NCBI GenBank assembly: GCA_964016885.1
Contig: OZ024741.1
Location: 2,232,001 to 2,296,000 of the forward strand
Direction of reading: 5' to 3'
Length of the DNA stretch: 64,000 nt
Origin: Eledone cirrhosa
Lineage: Eukaryota
This document shows positions 15,001 to 28,837 of the stretch, one piece after another. The notes under the pieces are model-generated. The model did no database searches. It saw nothing but the letters and a program-made list of their open reading frames with translations, and was not told the DNA's origin. A program made the position numbers and the translations under genes. Each line of letters starts with the position of its first letter. Position 1 is the first letter of the stretch.

Positions 15001-16945
15001 GTGTAATACTTGGTAGTACAGGTTTACTGTAATACTTGGTAGTAGAGGTTTAGTGTAGTACTTGGTAGTACAGGTTTAGTGTAATACTTGGTAGTACAGG
15101 TTTACTGTAATACTTGGTAGTAGAGGTTTACTGTAATACTTGGTAGTTCAGGTTTACTGTAATACTTGGTAGTACAGGTTTAGTGTAATACTTGGTAGTA
15201 GAGGTTTAGTGTAATACTTGGTAGTAGAGGTTTAGTGTAATACTTGGTAGTACAGGTTTAGTGTAATACTTGGTAGTAGAGGTTTACCGTAATACTTGGT
15301 AGAACAGGTTTACTGTAATACTTGGTAGTAGAGGTTTACTGTAATACTTGGTAGTAGAGGTTTACTGTAATATTTGGTAGTACATGTTTACTGTAATACT
15401 TGGTAGTACAGGTTTAGTGTAATACTTGGTAGTACAGGTTTAGTGTAATACTTGGTATTAGAGGTTTACAGTAATACTTGGTACTAGAGGTTTACTGTAA
15501 TACTTGGTAGTACAGGTTTAGTGTAATACATGGTAGTACAGGTTTAGTGTAATACTTGGTAGTACAGGTTTAGTGTAATACATGGTAGTACAGGTTTAGT
15601 GTAATACGTGGTAGTACAGGTTTAGTGTAATACATGGTAGTACAGGTTTAGTGTAATACTTGGTAGTACAGGTTTAGTGTAATACATGGTAGTACAGGTT
15701 TAGTGTAATACGTGGTAGTACAGGTTTAGTGTAATACATGGTAGTACAGGTTTAGTGTAATACTTGGTAGTAGATATTTAGTGTAATACTTGGTAGCAGA
15801 GGTTTACTGTCATACTTGGTAGTAGAGATTTAGTGTAATACTTGGTAGCAGAGGTTTACTGTCATACTTGGTAGTACAGGTTTAGTGTAATACTTGGTAG
15901 TAGAGGTTTACTGTCATACTTGGTAGTAGAGATTTAGTGTAATACTTGGTAGCAGAGGTTTACTGTCATACTTGGTAGTAGAGATTTAGTGTAATACTTG
16001 GTAGCAGAGGTTTACTGTCATACTTGGTAGTACAGGTTTAGTGTAATACTTGGTAGTAGAGGTTTAGTGTAATACTTGGTAGCAGAGGTTTACTGTCATA
16101 CTTGGTAGTAGAGATTTAGTGTAATACTTGGTAGCAGAGGTTTAGTGTAATACTTGGTAGTACAGGTTTAGTGTAATACTTGGTAGTAGAGGTTTAGTGT
16201 AATACTTGGTAGTACAGGTTTACTGTAATACTTGGTAGTAGAGGGTTAGTGTAATACTTGGTAGTACAGGTTTAGTGTAATACTTGGTAGTACAGGTTTA
16301 CTGTAATACTTGATAGTAGAGGTTTGGTGTAATACTTGGTAGTAGAGGTTTAGTGTAATACTTGGTAGTACAGGTTTACTGTAATACTTGATAGTAGAGG
16401 TTTGGTGTAATACTTGGTAGTAGAGGTTTAGTGTAATACTAGGTAGTTCAGGTTTAGTGTAATACTTGGTAGTTGAGGTTTAGTGTAATATTTGGTAGTA
16501 CAGCTTTAGATTAATACTTGGTAATACAGGTTTAGTGTAATACTTGGTAATACATGTTTACTGTAATATTGGTTGTAGAGGTTTACTGTAATACTTGGTA
16601 TTAGAGATTTAGTGGAACACTTGGTAGTAGAGGTTTAGTGTAATACTTGGTAGTAGACGTTTAGTGTAATACTTGGTAGTAGAGGTTTAGTGTAATACTT
16701 GGTAGTAGAGGTTTAGTGTAATACTTGGTAGTACAGGTTTACTGTAATACTTGGTAGTAGAGGTTTAGTGTAATACTTGGTAGTACAGGTTTACTGTAAT
16801 ACTTGGTAGTAGAGGTTTAGTGTAATACTTGGTAGTACAGGTTTACTGTACTACTTGGTAGTACAGGTTTAGTGTAATACTTGGTAGTAGAGGTTTAGTG
16901 TAATACTTGGTAGTAGAGGTTTAGTGTAATACTTGGTAGTAGACG
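1..16945. repeat. 26-bp satellite array, about 650 monomers, consensus TAATACTTGGTAGTA(G/C)AGGTTTA(G/C)TG; open at the left window edge
   Basis: Continuous 26-bp periodicity from base 1, with an abrupt end at ...GTAGTAGACGTT near 16945. Confidence 0.99.
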
Positions 16946-17049
16946 TTCAACAGAAATTATGGTCTAAACTTGTTTCAATTATGAAAAGAAATGGATTTTG
17001 ATTGGTGAGAATTCCCAACCACGACACTATATATTCATATATAGATGTG

Positions 17050-17265
17050 CGTGTGTGTTGGACCTCCGACGACGTGGGTTTGAGCAAACGTAATGGATTG
17101 GAAGTGAAATTAACGTGTAAGTAGCTGACCAATCCACAGACACGAGTATCCTTAATGTAAGACATTAAGGGTGACACAATATGATAAAAAGCCGACCTTT
17201 TGAAATACGTGATGAGAGAACTGAAACCAGTAAAATAAAGTGTCTTGCTCAAGGACACAACACCA
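17050..17265 (-). mobile_element. Degenerate SINE, same family as 24290-24580
   Basis: Reverse complement shares GTGTCCTTGAGCAAGACACTT and GTCTGTGGA..TCAGCTACTTACACGTTAATTTCAC blocks with the 24.3-kb copy. Confidence 0.55.
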
Positions 17266-17439
17266 GAGTCCTTTTCCTATATATATATGTCCAGGCTGGG
17301 GATGGTAGGGTGAAGCGCTCAATTTTAATAACATTTTGAATAATATTTATATATATATATATATCCAGGGAGTGTAACTTGGAGTTACGTAATGAAAGAG
17401 TAACCAATCGTCCTTGTTATTTTATTTCACTATAATATA

Positions 17440-17775
17440 TATAGTATAAATATTTGTTCATACACTTAACATGTATGTGTGACCATTGCTTTTGAGGTCC
17501 AGATATGGCTACCACTGTATAGTGGAGGAGACACTTAACATGTATGCTTGACCATTGGTTTCGAGGTCCAGATATGGCCACCACTGTATAGTGGGAGAGA
17601 CTTCCAAACTGACCGCTCATCGGGCACACGGACTTCCTTTTTCGTATAGTTGTCCTCGTACTCAGGGGTCAGTTTGGAAATGTCTCCTCCTCTATACAGT
17701 GGTGGCCATAACTGGACCCCAAAACCAAAGGTCACACATACATGTTAAGTATATGAAACATTGTTTATACTAAAT
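17440..17775. mobile_element. MITE-like element with long imperfect terminal inverted repeats; left arm has a 69-bp tandem duplication
   Basis: CTTAACATGTATGTGTGACC...CCACTGTATAG...TTCCAAACTGACC is mirrored by GGTCAGTTTGGAA...CTATACAGTGG...GGTCACACATACATGTTAAG. CACTTAACATGTATG occurs at 17463 and 17532. Confidence 0.75.
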
Positions 17776-17835
17776 AATCTCTCTTGTAATAGGTTGAGCA
17801 ATGTTTTCTTTGATTGTTCATCTACAGATATCCTG

Positions 17836-18002
<167 letters not shown>

Positions 18003-18341
18003 TAACAATTAAACAGCTTATTGGAACCAATACTTCCGGTATCCCCCTCTCCCCCACCATGACACAACATCAACCTCCGCAACCTCATCCCTTCATCTTC
18101 TCAAGTCAAATATTATGGAAAATAGACATACAATAATATACTGTGTGACCTACAGACATTTGGTATATACATACACTTGGTGTTTTGTATACATACACAC
18201 ATATATACACACATATATACACACACATATGTGTATGTATATACTTGATGTTTTGTATACATACATATCTGTATACATATATGTCTGTATGTATATACTT
18301 GGTGTTTTGTATATATACGCACATATACATACACACACACG

Positions 18342-18382
<41 letters not shown>

Positions 18383-18552
18383 CATGAGAAGAAAGAAGAA
18401 TACTGCGTGGTTGCACATGGGTTATACATGATAAAATTAGTCCCTCGTCAGTGATTTGCCAACCATCATATATATACCACCCCACTCTCAAGAACGTGAA
18501 ACTAATAAACCTTTGTTCGTACTGCCTCTCTGTTTTGTTCCCGTTCAGTTTT

Positions 18553-18606
<54 letters not shown>

Positions 18607-18668
18607 CATATACTTAGTGTTTTGTATATATACACACATATACTTACATACATATATCTATATATATA

Positions 18669-21022
18669 TTTCTATTTATTGCTACGAGGGCGCAAAAGAA
18701 GTGGACAAATACAAGGGGGGGGGGGGGTACACAGCAAGGCGAGTAAAGATAACAAATAAATATGAAATTAACAATAAAGTCCTCAATAGGGAGGAGGCGT
18801 TTTTTTAGGGGGGGGGCACACACCCGAATATAGTGTGCAACCCTTCTCCTCAGGAGCACAGAGAGAGGGTGCTCCCTCGTTCCTTCATCTTTTTCATCTA
18901 CAGGCTGATGTAGAGAGAACGCCCATTCACACGGGCCATTCTCGCCACTTTCACCCACCTTTCATAAAAACGACTGGGTTGAGCATCTCTCTCTCCATCC
19001 TGATCCTTCTTCCGAAATGATATCGGAAGAAACGGATCAGTTGTTGGCCAGAGAGAAAGGTGCCTGACCTCAGTCCTTTCAGACGCGTCCACCATACAAC
19101 CTCTTTCACCATGGCTATTACGCACAGAAACATCGCCCCTCCTTCATTTTTGAAGGTGGGGAGACGGCTTAATCGTTACAATGGCTTCGGTGGTCAACCG
19201 GATCGGTCCCACCCATCATAGCAGTCGTTCGACATAGCCTCACAGATTGGCTACGCCCGAGCAGTGTACCAATGCGTGTGCAACGGTTTCCTCGTCGCAC
19301 ACGCATCTGGTACAGATCTTTTTGGCGGGGTCCCTAGCCGGGCGCCCGTGTCTGTAGAGCTTTTCTCGAACGGGTAGAGCCCCTCGGTAGCACTGTCAGG
19401 CTAGGGACTTCTGGAAGTTATCCATAGGTCCCGGGCTAAATGTCCTACCGAACAGGCTGGCCAGTTCGTCTTCCCCCATGTCTAGGGCTTCTCCAAGGGC
19501 GTCGTCGCATCTGCTGCGTACCAGCCCTCTATAGAATAGTGGAGTCTCCACTGATAACCGGGTCCGCTTGCCAGAGGGCCGTGAGCGCCTGGGCACACTC
19601 AGTGTGCCAGGCGCCCAGTTTTCTCAGTCTTTGCTTGACTCAGGATTGCAGCTCGGTGAGTGAGACGAGTCTGGGAAAGGTTCGTCTCACAAACGGGGCC
19701 CACACCGGTTGACCGGTGAGGAATACTTGGAGGTGTCGTAGCCTTAATGCGTGTTTACGCATCATTAGCCACGGCATACCCAGCCCTTCTTTCGAAGGGT
19801 GTTGATAGCAGATAGATCTCCTCACCAAAGGAGCCCGCTTCTTCCAAAGGAATTGGAAGAGTGCGCGCTCCATCTTGGCGAGGGTTTCCCTTGGGCAAGG
19901 CACGACGGTCAGGCGGTAGTAGATGACGGACGCTATATAGGTGTTCGCCACCTCCGCCCGACCTTTCAGGGATAGTTTGCAACTGGCCCACTTCTGGGTC
20001 ACTGCAAACACCCTGTTCGTAACCTCACCCCAGTTCTTCTCCACCTGGAGGTTTGGTCCGAACCAGACCCCGAGCAACTTCACCGGGCCCTCCGTCCAGC
20101 GTCGTCCGACGACGCCATCGGAGGGCATCGGTTTGCCCCTCCACGTGCCGAGTTGCAAACCGATCGACTTGTCCCGGTTCAGCTTAGCCCCTGTAAACCT
20201 TTCGTACTCCTCCAGTAAGGTGCCGATCGCCCCGATTTCGGAGGCCGTCGACACTATTACTGTCACGTCATCGGCGTAGGCCGACACCGCTTTCCGCAAT
20301 CCCGGTTCCAAAGGGATGCCCTGCAACAACTCCAACTTCCGCAGTAGTGGCTCGAGAGTCAATACATACAGAAGGTAAGAGAGAGGGCACCCTTTTCGGA
20401 TGAACCGCGCGATTTCGAAAGGCTCCGAGAGGTAGCCATTCACCTTGACTCTAGAGCAGATGCGGCTGCTGTGTATAGCAGTGATCCAGCCCCTCAAAAT
20501 GGGTCCGAAGCCTGCCCCCGCTAGCACCGCATCCAGATAACCATGGTCGACCCTATCGAACGCCTTAGATTGATCCAAGTTGATCAGGGCCCCACCAAAG
20601 CCGGGTTCGTTCCCAACCCTCTCTATGATGTATCGCATGAGGTGGAGGTTGTCGTGGATGGACCTGGACGGGATAGCACATGTCTGCGCATCTCCCACCA
20701 GGTTGCCCACGACAAGCGCCAACCTCTTTGCTAACACCTTGGCCAAGTTTGTAACTCTGTATTTAGCAGATTTATGGGCCTGAAGTTACTTATATCGTCG
20801 CCCTTGTTCTCGTCCTTCCTCACTAGCGTGACTACGCCCTTGGTCACAGAACAGGGAATTCTCCCGTTCTATTGCCAGTTGCAGTAGACAGCCTCGAGGA
20901 GATCGGGGAACAAGTCCGGCATAGCTAGATATAGTTCGTATGGAAGACCATCGAGACCCGGGGATTTGCGTTTGCCGCATTGGCTCAGCACGTCCTCTAT
21001 CTCAGTGGCTGAAATCGGCTCG
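18669..21022 (-). mobile_element. 5'-truncated L1/Tx1-clade non-LTR retrotransposon
   Basis: GC-rich island with RT motifs and a downstream CCHC knuckle (CTRCVCDEETVAHALVHC, 19261-19314). The 3' UTR ends AATAAATAGAAA and runs into TA-rich repeat. Confidence 0.93.
19640..20746 (-). pseudogene. Reverse transcriptase domain of L1/Tx1 ORF2, disrupted at both ends
   Basis: LDQSKAFDRVDH, RKGCPLS.LLY, SAYADDVT, KLLGVWF, LSLKGRAEVAN and GLGMP motifs are typical of L1/Tx1 ORF2. Confidence 0.92.
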
Positions 21023-21042
21023 TATACATATATATATGTATG

Positions 21043-21212
21043 CAAAAGGTAAACAGAAATAACAACACAATCGGTACAGTATCTGGAAGGGATATATTAG
21101 GTTAACACATGAAATAGCAGGAAGATGGTCTTAACGTTTCGGACGCTGGTCCTTCATCAGACGAAAGAATGAGAAATAAGATAGATTGAGGGGACGGGCG
21201 GGTTGGAATTGG
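21043..21212 (-). mobile_element. Penelope-like terminal fragment with hammerhead-like core; second copy at 35981-36097
   Basis: Minus strand reads GTCTGATGA-A-GGAC-CAGC-GTCC-GAAACGTTAAGAC. Flanked by TA-rich repeats. Confidence 0.65.
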
Positions 21213-21263
21213 AATATATATATATATATATATAATATATATATATATATAAATATATGTGTG

Positions 21264-21310
<47 letters not shown>

Positions 21311-21647
21311 GAATGTGTAATACATATATACATACACACATACATACACATAAACACACAGGATACATTACTGACATCCTTAATACAATATCAATTGTTA
21401 ATTCAACAAGATATTTAAGGGAGATATTTAGAATTACGGGACTTTTGTCTATATTTGTGTCTGTTTGTATGTGTGTGTGTGTTTGTATATCTGTGTTTAT
21501 GTGTGTGTGCATGTGTGTGTTTGTGCATATGCTATGTGAGAACGTCTTCCTCTCTTTCCCCCTCTCTCTTTCTCTTCCTCCCCCTTCCTTCTTCCTTCAC
21601 TCTCTCTTGAAAAAGTATATATATACATATAATTATGTATATATATA

Positions 21648-22282
21648 TTCTCGTGTCGCACCCATCTACTATCTGAGTGAATTTCTTCAGACCCGTACAG
21701 CAGCACAGACGCCACTACAGCAACGAAGAGGCGGATCTTCAGGTCTTCACGAAGGTCCGACTTCCACACCGATCTCAAACTGTGGCACGCCGCCCAGGCC
21801 TTGCTCTTCCTCTCAACCACATCATCTTCCGTATTCACAATCTTTGCTCCCAAATACAGCAAGTCCTCAACTAATTCCAGCGGCTTCCCACCTACATTAG
21901 TGATCCCCTCTGGCTTCTCAACATTTTCTACCAGATGGTGGATGGGTGCTACACGAGAATGCTGAGGATGGCTCTGAACATTAATCAGTATACACTGAGG
22001 ATGAAAAACTCAGAGCTGTACGGGAGCCTCCCAAAAGTCAGCTCAAAAGTGACTGAGGTTAGCTGGACATGCTCACCGACATCCAGAGTTGACACTGCAC
22101 TCAGTGCTCCTGTGGGAGCCCCTGCATGGACACACTGGAAGTGGAGGAGCAAAGTTAACATATGTGATGCTCTAAGGACAGACACTGGTCTGTTGGAGAC
22201 GCAGGAGATGGCAACGATAATGAGGGACAGAGACCGCTGGAGAGAACTCGTCCATGAATCTCAGGAATTTTACCCGCCTTAA
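21648..22282. mobile_element. Truncated RTE-like LINE with 5' inversion (21648-21930 minus, 21932-22282 plus)
   Basis: Minus YLGAKI...KAWAACHSLRSVWKS...VLLYGSE and plus VDGCYTRMLRMALN...MRDRDRWRELV are consecutive parts of one RT C-terminal region. Confidence 0.85.
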
Positions 22283-22299
22283 TATATATATATATATTA

Positions 22300-22484
22300 A
22301 AATAACAGATTAAAGTTTAAGCAAAGAATCGCTGCTTTCACCCGTAACTGGATCATCAGAAGATCCCGTTATGGATGGAAGCAGCGTGCTTATTTTAATA
22401 AATATTTGCTCTCGGGTTCTGATATATTTGATATGTATTTATCCTTATCGAGCCCTCTTTGGATTTTAGTCTTCACATTTATTA

Positions 22485-22492
<8 letters not shown>
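22300..22492. mobile_element. Fold-back insert with degenerate hammerhead core and 3' tail, between (TA)n tracts
   Basis: Hairpin at 22330-22386. Minus strand reads CTGATGA-TCC-AGTTAC-GGG-T-GAAAGC. The tail GCCCTCTTTGGATTTTAGTCTTCA recurs inverted at 47111-47155. Confidence 0.55.
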
Positions 22493-22523
<31 letters not shown>

Positions 22524-22524
<1 letters not shown>

Positions 22525-22617
22525 GTTATTCCGAGTTGAATCGGAGGTAACCACAGTAAGTAAGGTACTCAATACATAGCAGAGTATAATGAATGAAACA
22601 GTTCTAGTCCTGTAGAA

Positions 22618-22622
<5 letters not shown>
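22524..22622. mobile_element. Internally inverted fragment of the GAAACAGTTCTAGTC family
   Basis: The GGTAACCACAGTAAG..GGTACTCAATACAT part is co-oriented with 46538-46565. GAATGAAACAGTTCTAGTCC is opposite to 46608-46628. Confidence 0.7.
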
Positions 22623-22673
<51 letters not shown>

Positions 22674-22699
22674 TTATGTATATATATATATATATATGA

Positions 22700-22826
22700 G
22701 AGACGTAAAATAAGAAAATTATAAAATTAACTTACTAAAATTTCTTTATAATTTTCTTATTTTACGTCTCATATTATTGTTCTGCAACCCCATGCATTGA
22801 ACCACAAAGTTACTAAGACAAAACCT
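22700..22826. repeat. Inverted repeat with 26-bp arms plus unique tail, in (TA)n
   Basis: GAGACGTAAAATAAGAAAATTATAAA (22700-22725) / TTTATAATTTTCTTATTTTACGTCTC (22745-22770). Confidence 0.85.
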
Positions 22827-22885
22827 ATATATTTGCTAGCATAAGTATGCATCTGTGTATATATATGTTACTAGATATACTAATT

Positions 22886-22924
<39 letters not shown>

Positions 22925-23161
22925 ATGTATACCTTGATTGCATCTGTGTTGTGTTTTCGTGCATAGATGTATGTGTGTGCGTGTATGTATGTATATGAAT
23001 GTGTGTGTGTGTGTATGTATGTATGTATATGTATGTATGTGTGTGTATGTATGGATATGTATGTATGTGTGTGTATGTGTGTGTATGTATGGATATATAT
23101 GCGTATATGAGTAAAATGCGCGTAAATGTGTCGACCTGACTTCTGTACAAAACACTTTCAT

Positions 23162-24262
23162 GGTCTATATTACTATAGGTCTATATTACTATTGGTCTAT
23201 ATTACTACTATAAGTCTATACTACTATATGACTATATTACTACTATATGTCTATATTACCACTATAGGTCTATATTACTACTATAGGTCAATATTACTAT
23301 AGGTCTATATTACTACTATAGGTCTATATTACTATAGGTCTATATTACTATAGGTCTATATTACTATAGGTCCATATTACTACTATAGGTCTATATCACC
23401 ACTATAGCTCTATATTACTACTATAGGTCTATATTACTATAGCTCTATATTAGTATAGGTCTATATTACTACTATAGGTCTATATTACCACTATAGGTCA
23501 ATATTACTATCGGTCTATATTACTATAGGTCTATATTACTAATATAGGTCTATATTACTAATATAGGTCTATATTACTATAGGTCTATATTACTACTATA
23601 GGTCTATATTACTACTATTGGTCTATATTACTATATGTCTATATTATTACTATAGGTCTATATTACTATAGGTCTATATTACTATAGGTCTATATTACTA
23701 TAGGTCTATATTACTATAGGTCTATATTACTATAGGTCTATATTACTATAGGTCTACACTACTATAGGTCTATATTACTACTATAGGTATATACTACCGC
23801 TATAGTTCTATATTACTATATCTATATTACTATAGGTCTATATTACTATAGCTCTATTTTACTATAGGTCTTTATTACTACTATAGGTCGATATTACTAC
23901 TATAGTTCTATATTACTACTATAGCTCTATATTACTATAGGTCTATATTACTACTATAGGTCTATATTACTACTATAGCTCTATATTACTATAGGTCTAT
24001 ATTACTACTATAGGTCTATATTACTACTATAGGTCTGTACTACTATAAGTCTATATTACTATAGGTCTATATTACTATAGGTCTATATTACTATAGGTCT
24101 TTATTACTATTATAGGTCGATATTACTACTAAAGTTCTATATTACTACTATAGGTCTATATTACTATAGGTCTATATTACTACTATAGGTATATATTATT
24201 AGTACAGGTCTATATTACTATTATAGGTCTATATTACTACTACTGGTCTATATTACTACTAG
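23162..24262. repeat. 16/19-bp minisatellite CTATATTACTA(CTA)TAGGT
   Basis: Direct periodicity. Confidence 0.97.
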
Positions 24263-24289
24263 AAAATGTCAACAAATATTACAACAGAC

Positions 24290-24580
24290 ACGTGTTGCGG
24301 TTATGAATTTCATTTCACAATTACGAGGCCCTGGTTCGATCCTCTGTGTGATATCTTGGGCAGATGTCTTCACTATAACCCAACATAGACCATGTGGGTG
24401 ATACTCTGCGAATGGACTTTACCTGTCAAATGTGAAACCTTGTCATATGCTGTGTCACGCTGATTCGGTTGGGGGAATTACGTTAAGAGTACACGTGTGT
24501 GTGGAGTACTCAGCACTATACACATTAATTCATGAATAGGACTTTCAGATAATAAAACACCTGAACTGTTGTGGAACCTG
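24290..24580 (+). mobile_element. tRNA-derived SINE, degenerate
   Basis: B-box GGTTCGATCC followed by CTTGGGCAGATGTCTT. Related copies at 17050-17265 and 60535-60710. Confidence 0.65.
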
Positions 24581-24719
24581 GGGGAAGATTCATCCTCTGC
24601 CATATATGAAGGTAAACCTCTTAGAATCTAACAGAACAAGACGTATGAAATGTGAAATAGTTGCTGTGAATAGGAAATTACTTCAAACCAATTCTACTTC
24701 CTTCATATATTAATTCGAT

Positions 24720-25062
24720 ATACATTCTATATTAATTCGATATAAATTCTATATATATTCTATATATATTCTATATACATTCTATATATATTCTATATAT
24801 ATTCTATATATATTCTATATAAATTCTATATATATTCTATATATACTCTATATATATTCTATATATATTCTATATATATTCTTTATAAATTCTATATATA
24901 TTCTATATATACTCTATATATATTCTATATATATTCTATATATACTCTATATATATTCTATATATATTCTATATATATTCTATATATATTCTATATATAT
25001 TCTATATATATTCTATATATATTCTATATATATTCAATATATATTCTATATATATTCAATAG
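24720..25062. repeat. 11-bp minisatellite (ATATATATTCT)n
   Basis: Direct periodicity. Confidence 0.95.
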
Positions 25063-25371
25063 ATATTTTGTAAAACAAGAATGATGAAAACAATAAAAAA
25101 AAAACGAATGGAATAAAAAAAATATTGATTTTTATCGAAGAAGGTAGAAGGCTATACATGGAGGTGGTGGTGGGGGATGTAAATAATTATATCGATCTTC
25201 AGTATTTGATTGATGCTTATTGTATCGACGGCGTCTGTATTATAAGTTTATGTATAAATATAGTAAAGGACCTGGCAAATACCGACACTCTACTGATTCT
25301 ACCAATCTGACGTTACTACAGGATTGAGAAATGTGATTGGTGAAACAAAAGTACGAATGACAGTGATTGCT

Positions 25372-26370
25372 GAGGTAGAGAGGTAGAGAGGTAGAGAGGT
25401 AGAGAGGTAAAGAGGTAGAGAGGGAGAGAGAAAGAGAGGTAGAGAGGGAGCGAGAAAGAGAGGTAGAGAGGTAGAGAGGTTGAGAGGTAGAGAGAAAGAG
25501 AGGTAGAGAGGTAGAGAGAAAGAGAGGTAGAGAGGGAGAGAGAAAGAGAGGTAGAGAGGTAGAGAGGTAGAGAGAAAGAGAGGTAGAGAGGTAGACAGGT
25601 AGACAGGTAGAGAGGTAGAGAGAAAGAGAGGTAGAGAGGTAAAGAGAAAGAGAGGTAGAGAGGTAGACAGGTAGAGAGGTAGAGATAAAGAGAGGTAGAC
25701 AAGTAGACATGTAGAGAGGGAGAGAAAGAGAGAAAGAGAGGTAGAGAGGTAGACAGGTAGCGAGGTAGAGAGGTAGAGAGAAAGAGAGGTAGAGAGGTAG
25801 ACAAATAGCGAGGTAGAGAAGTTGAGAGGTAGAGAGAAAGAGAGGTAGATAGGTAGAGAGGTAGACAGGTAGAGAGGTAGAGAGAAAGAGAGGTAGAGAG
25901 GTAGAGAGGTAGAGAGGTAGAGAGAAAGAGAGGTAGAGAGGTAGAGAGGTAGAGAGAAAGAGAGAAAGAGAGGTAGAGAGGGAGTGAGAAAGAGAGGTAG
26001 AGAGGTAGAGAGGTAGACAGGTAGAGAGAAAGAGAGGTAAAGAGAAAGAGAGGTAGAGAGGTAGACAGGTAGAGAGGTAGAGAGAAAGAGAGGTAGACAA
26101 GTAGACATGTAGAGAGGGAGAGAAAGAGAGAAAGAGAGGTAGAGAGGTAGACATGTAGCGAGGTAGAGAGGTAGAGAGAAAGAGAGGTAGAAAAGTAGAG
26201 AGGTAGAGATAAAGAGAGGTAGAGCGAGGTAGAGAGGTAAAGAGAAAGAGAGGTAGACATGTAGCGAGGTAGAGAGGTAGAGAGGTAGAGAGGTAGAGAG
26301 GTAGAGAGAAAGAGAGGTAGAGAGGTAGAGAGGTAGAGAGGTAGAGAGGTAGAGAGGTAGATAGGTAGAT
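25372..26370. repeat. Purine-rich (AGAGGTAG)n repeat with variants
   Basis: Direct periodicity; source of the Leu/Ser/Pro pseudo-ORFs. Confidence 0.97.
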
Positions 26371-26429
26371 ATATATAGGAAGTGAGAAACAGACAAATAA
26401 ATAGACACTTTCATCATCCTTGTCAAACG

Positions 26430-26456
26430 TGTATGCATGTATGCACATATAAATGT

Positions 26457-26525
<69 letters not shown>

Positions 26526-26909
26526 CATGTATGCATATATAAATGTATACATATATATATGTGTGTGTGTATGTATGTATGCATATATAAATGTATACAT
26601 ATATATATATGTGTGTGTGTGTATGTATGTATGCATATATAAATGTATACATATATATATATGTGTGTGTGTATGTATGTATGCATATACAAATGTATAC
26701 ATATATATATATGTGTGTGTGTATGTATGTATGCATATACAAATGTATACATATATATATATGTGTGTGTGTGTATGTATTTATGCATATATAAATGTAT
26801 ACATATATATATATATATGTGTGTGTATGTATTTATGCATATATAAATGTATATATATATATATATATGTGTGTGTGAGCGTGTGTTTGTATACACCCAC
26901 TCACACATA

Positions 26910-26960
<51 letters not shown>
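26430..26960. repeat. About 60-bp composite tandem repeat of TA/GT/TATG blocks
   Basis: GCATATATAAATGTATACATATAT recurs about every 60 bp. Confidence 0.85.
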
Positions 26961-26961
<1 letters not shown>

Positions 26962-27547
26962 GTATACACCCACACACTCATTTATCCAGAGTGAAAGTCT
27001 AAAGAAATAAACAACTTAATTAAAAGCTGTTGTAATGGGAAAGGTGTTTCATTAGTTGACAATTTAATTTAAATTACTTTCTTTTAATTTATCTTAACTA
27101 GTATTCAATTTTGTTAAATCTGTTAACATTATTTAGCCCTAGGCCAGAACTAAACGGGAACATCTATTAATGTACTAACTATAAGCAGTCAGTCTTTTAA
27201 GGGTTAGCTAGGAAGATATACACAATGTCTTCTTAGTAGGATGTTATATAAAGGAGGAGATTTGGCTGCTATCTCTAGCAATGATCAGAGTAATTTATTG
27301 ACTATATTAGTTGTCTTGTTTTCTTGTTTGTGTTTTATTTGTTGTATTGTTGTTTAGTAGTTTGGTTGGTACTAATATAACACTTAGATATAGTCATGAT
27401 GTTGATAGTAGAACAACGCAACAGATAAACTAGATATACATATATACATGCACTATACTTATAAAATGTATAATACACACACTCATATATATATATATTT
27501 AATATTATATGTGTATATAATTATATATACATATATATGTATAAGTA

Positions 27548-27817
<270 letters not shown>

Positions 27818-27997
27818 AAAAACAGGTGTATTGTTTATCCTCACCTCTGTTCAACACGTACATACTCCGGTACACCAGTTTGTCCACGTTAAGAATCTCA
27901 CCACGATTCTTCGCTCTTCTTACAATCTTTTTCTTCTTTTTTTCTCTCTCCTGTTATGTTTTTCTTTTCTCTTTCAATTTTTTTCTCTCTCTCTCCT

Positions 27998-28118
<121 letters not shown>

Positions 28119-28203
28119 TTAATTCCGTTTACTAAATAATTTGGTAGTTTCTTTCCTGCCTTGCTTGTTTTGTATTTTTTCGTTTTGTTTCTTAAGTTGT
28201 TTC

Positions 28204-28235
<32 letters not shown>

Positions 28236-28382
28236 GTGTGAAGGCGTGTATATATATATGCTATACGTATCTATATACACGGCCCTCCTGCCATGATTTA
28301 CAGTTGTAATAGTAATTATAATAATGATGGTGACAATGGTTTATGTAGATGATGATGATGATGTGGTGAATGAAGATGTTAA

Positions 28383-28417
<35 letters not shown>

Positions 28418-28494
28418 ACGATATCAAGTCGTGTATTTTTCTTCTATAATAAATAACATTCTTGTTTGTTTTACTTCTTTCTCTGTTTATATTT

Positions 28495-28584
<90 letters not shown>

Positions 28585-28802
28585 GATAGTAAACAGAAAT
28601 CCACTTTATCGCCGATGACAAGCAGTTTTTAAGCGATGTATACATTATATACATACATATACATACATACACAAATATATATATATATATTTGTGTATGT
28701 ATATTTACATATTTATACACTCATACACATACATGCGTACATATATATATATGAACACTGACATTAAAAACAAACTTTAAAAATATCCATAAAATACTAT
28801 GG

Positions 28803-28837
<35 letters not shown>

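Noticed and set aside
1-16945. Telomeric repeat (contains GGTTTAG)
   Set aside because: The unit is 26 bp with no TTAGGG arrays; telomeric location cannot be inferred.
18378-18556. Insert between (TA)n tracts with CTGACGA on the minus strand
   Set aside because: No stem II-GAAA follows on that strand, so it cannot be called a hammerhead.
24325-24345. tRNA gene
   Set aside because: Only a B-box within a SINE head; no cloverleaf.
24549-24611. Possible 63-bp exon (cag|ATAATA...GAAG|gtaaac)
   Set aside because: Overlaps the tail of a SINE and lacks a polypyrimidine tract.
25240-26742. 300-500 aa Leu/Ser/Pro ORFs
   Set aside because: Translation of (CTACCTCT)n and TA/GT repeats.
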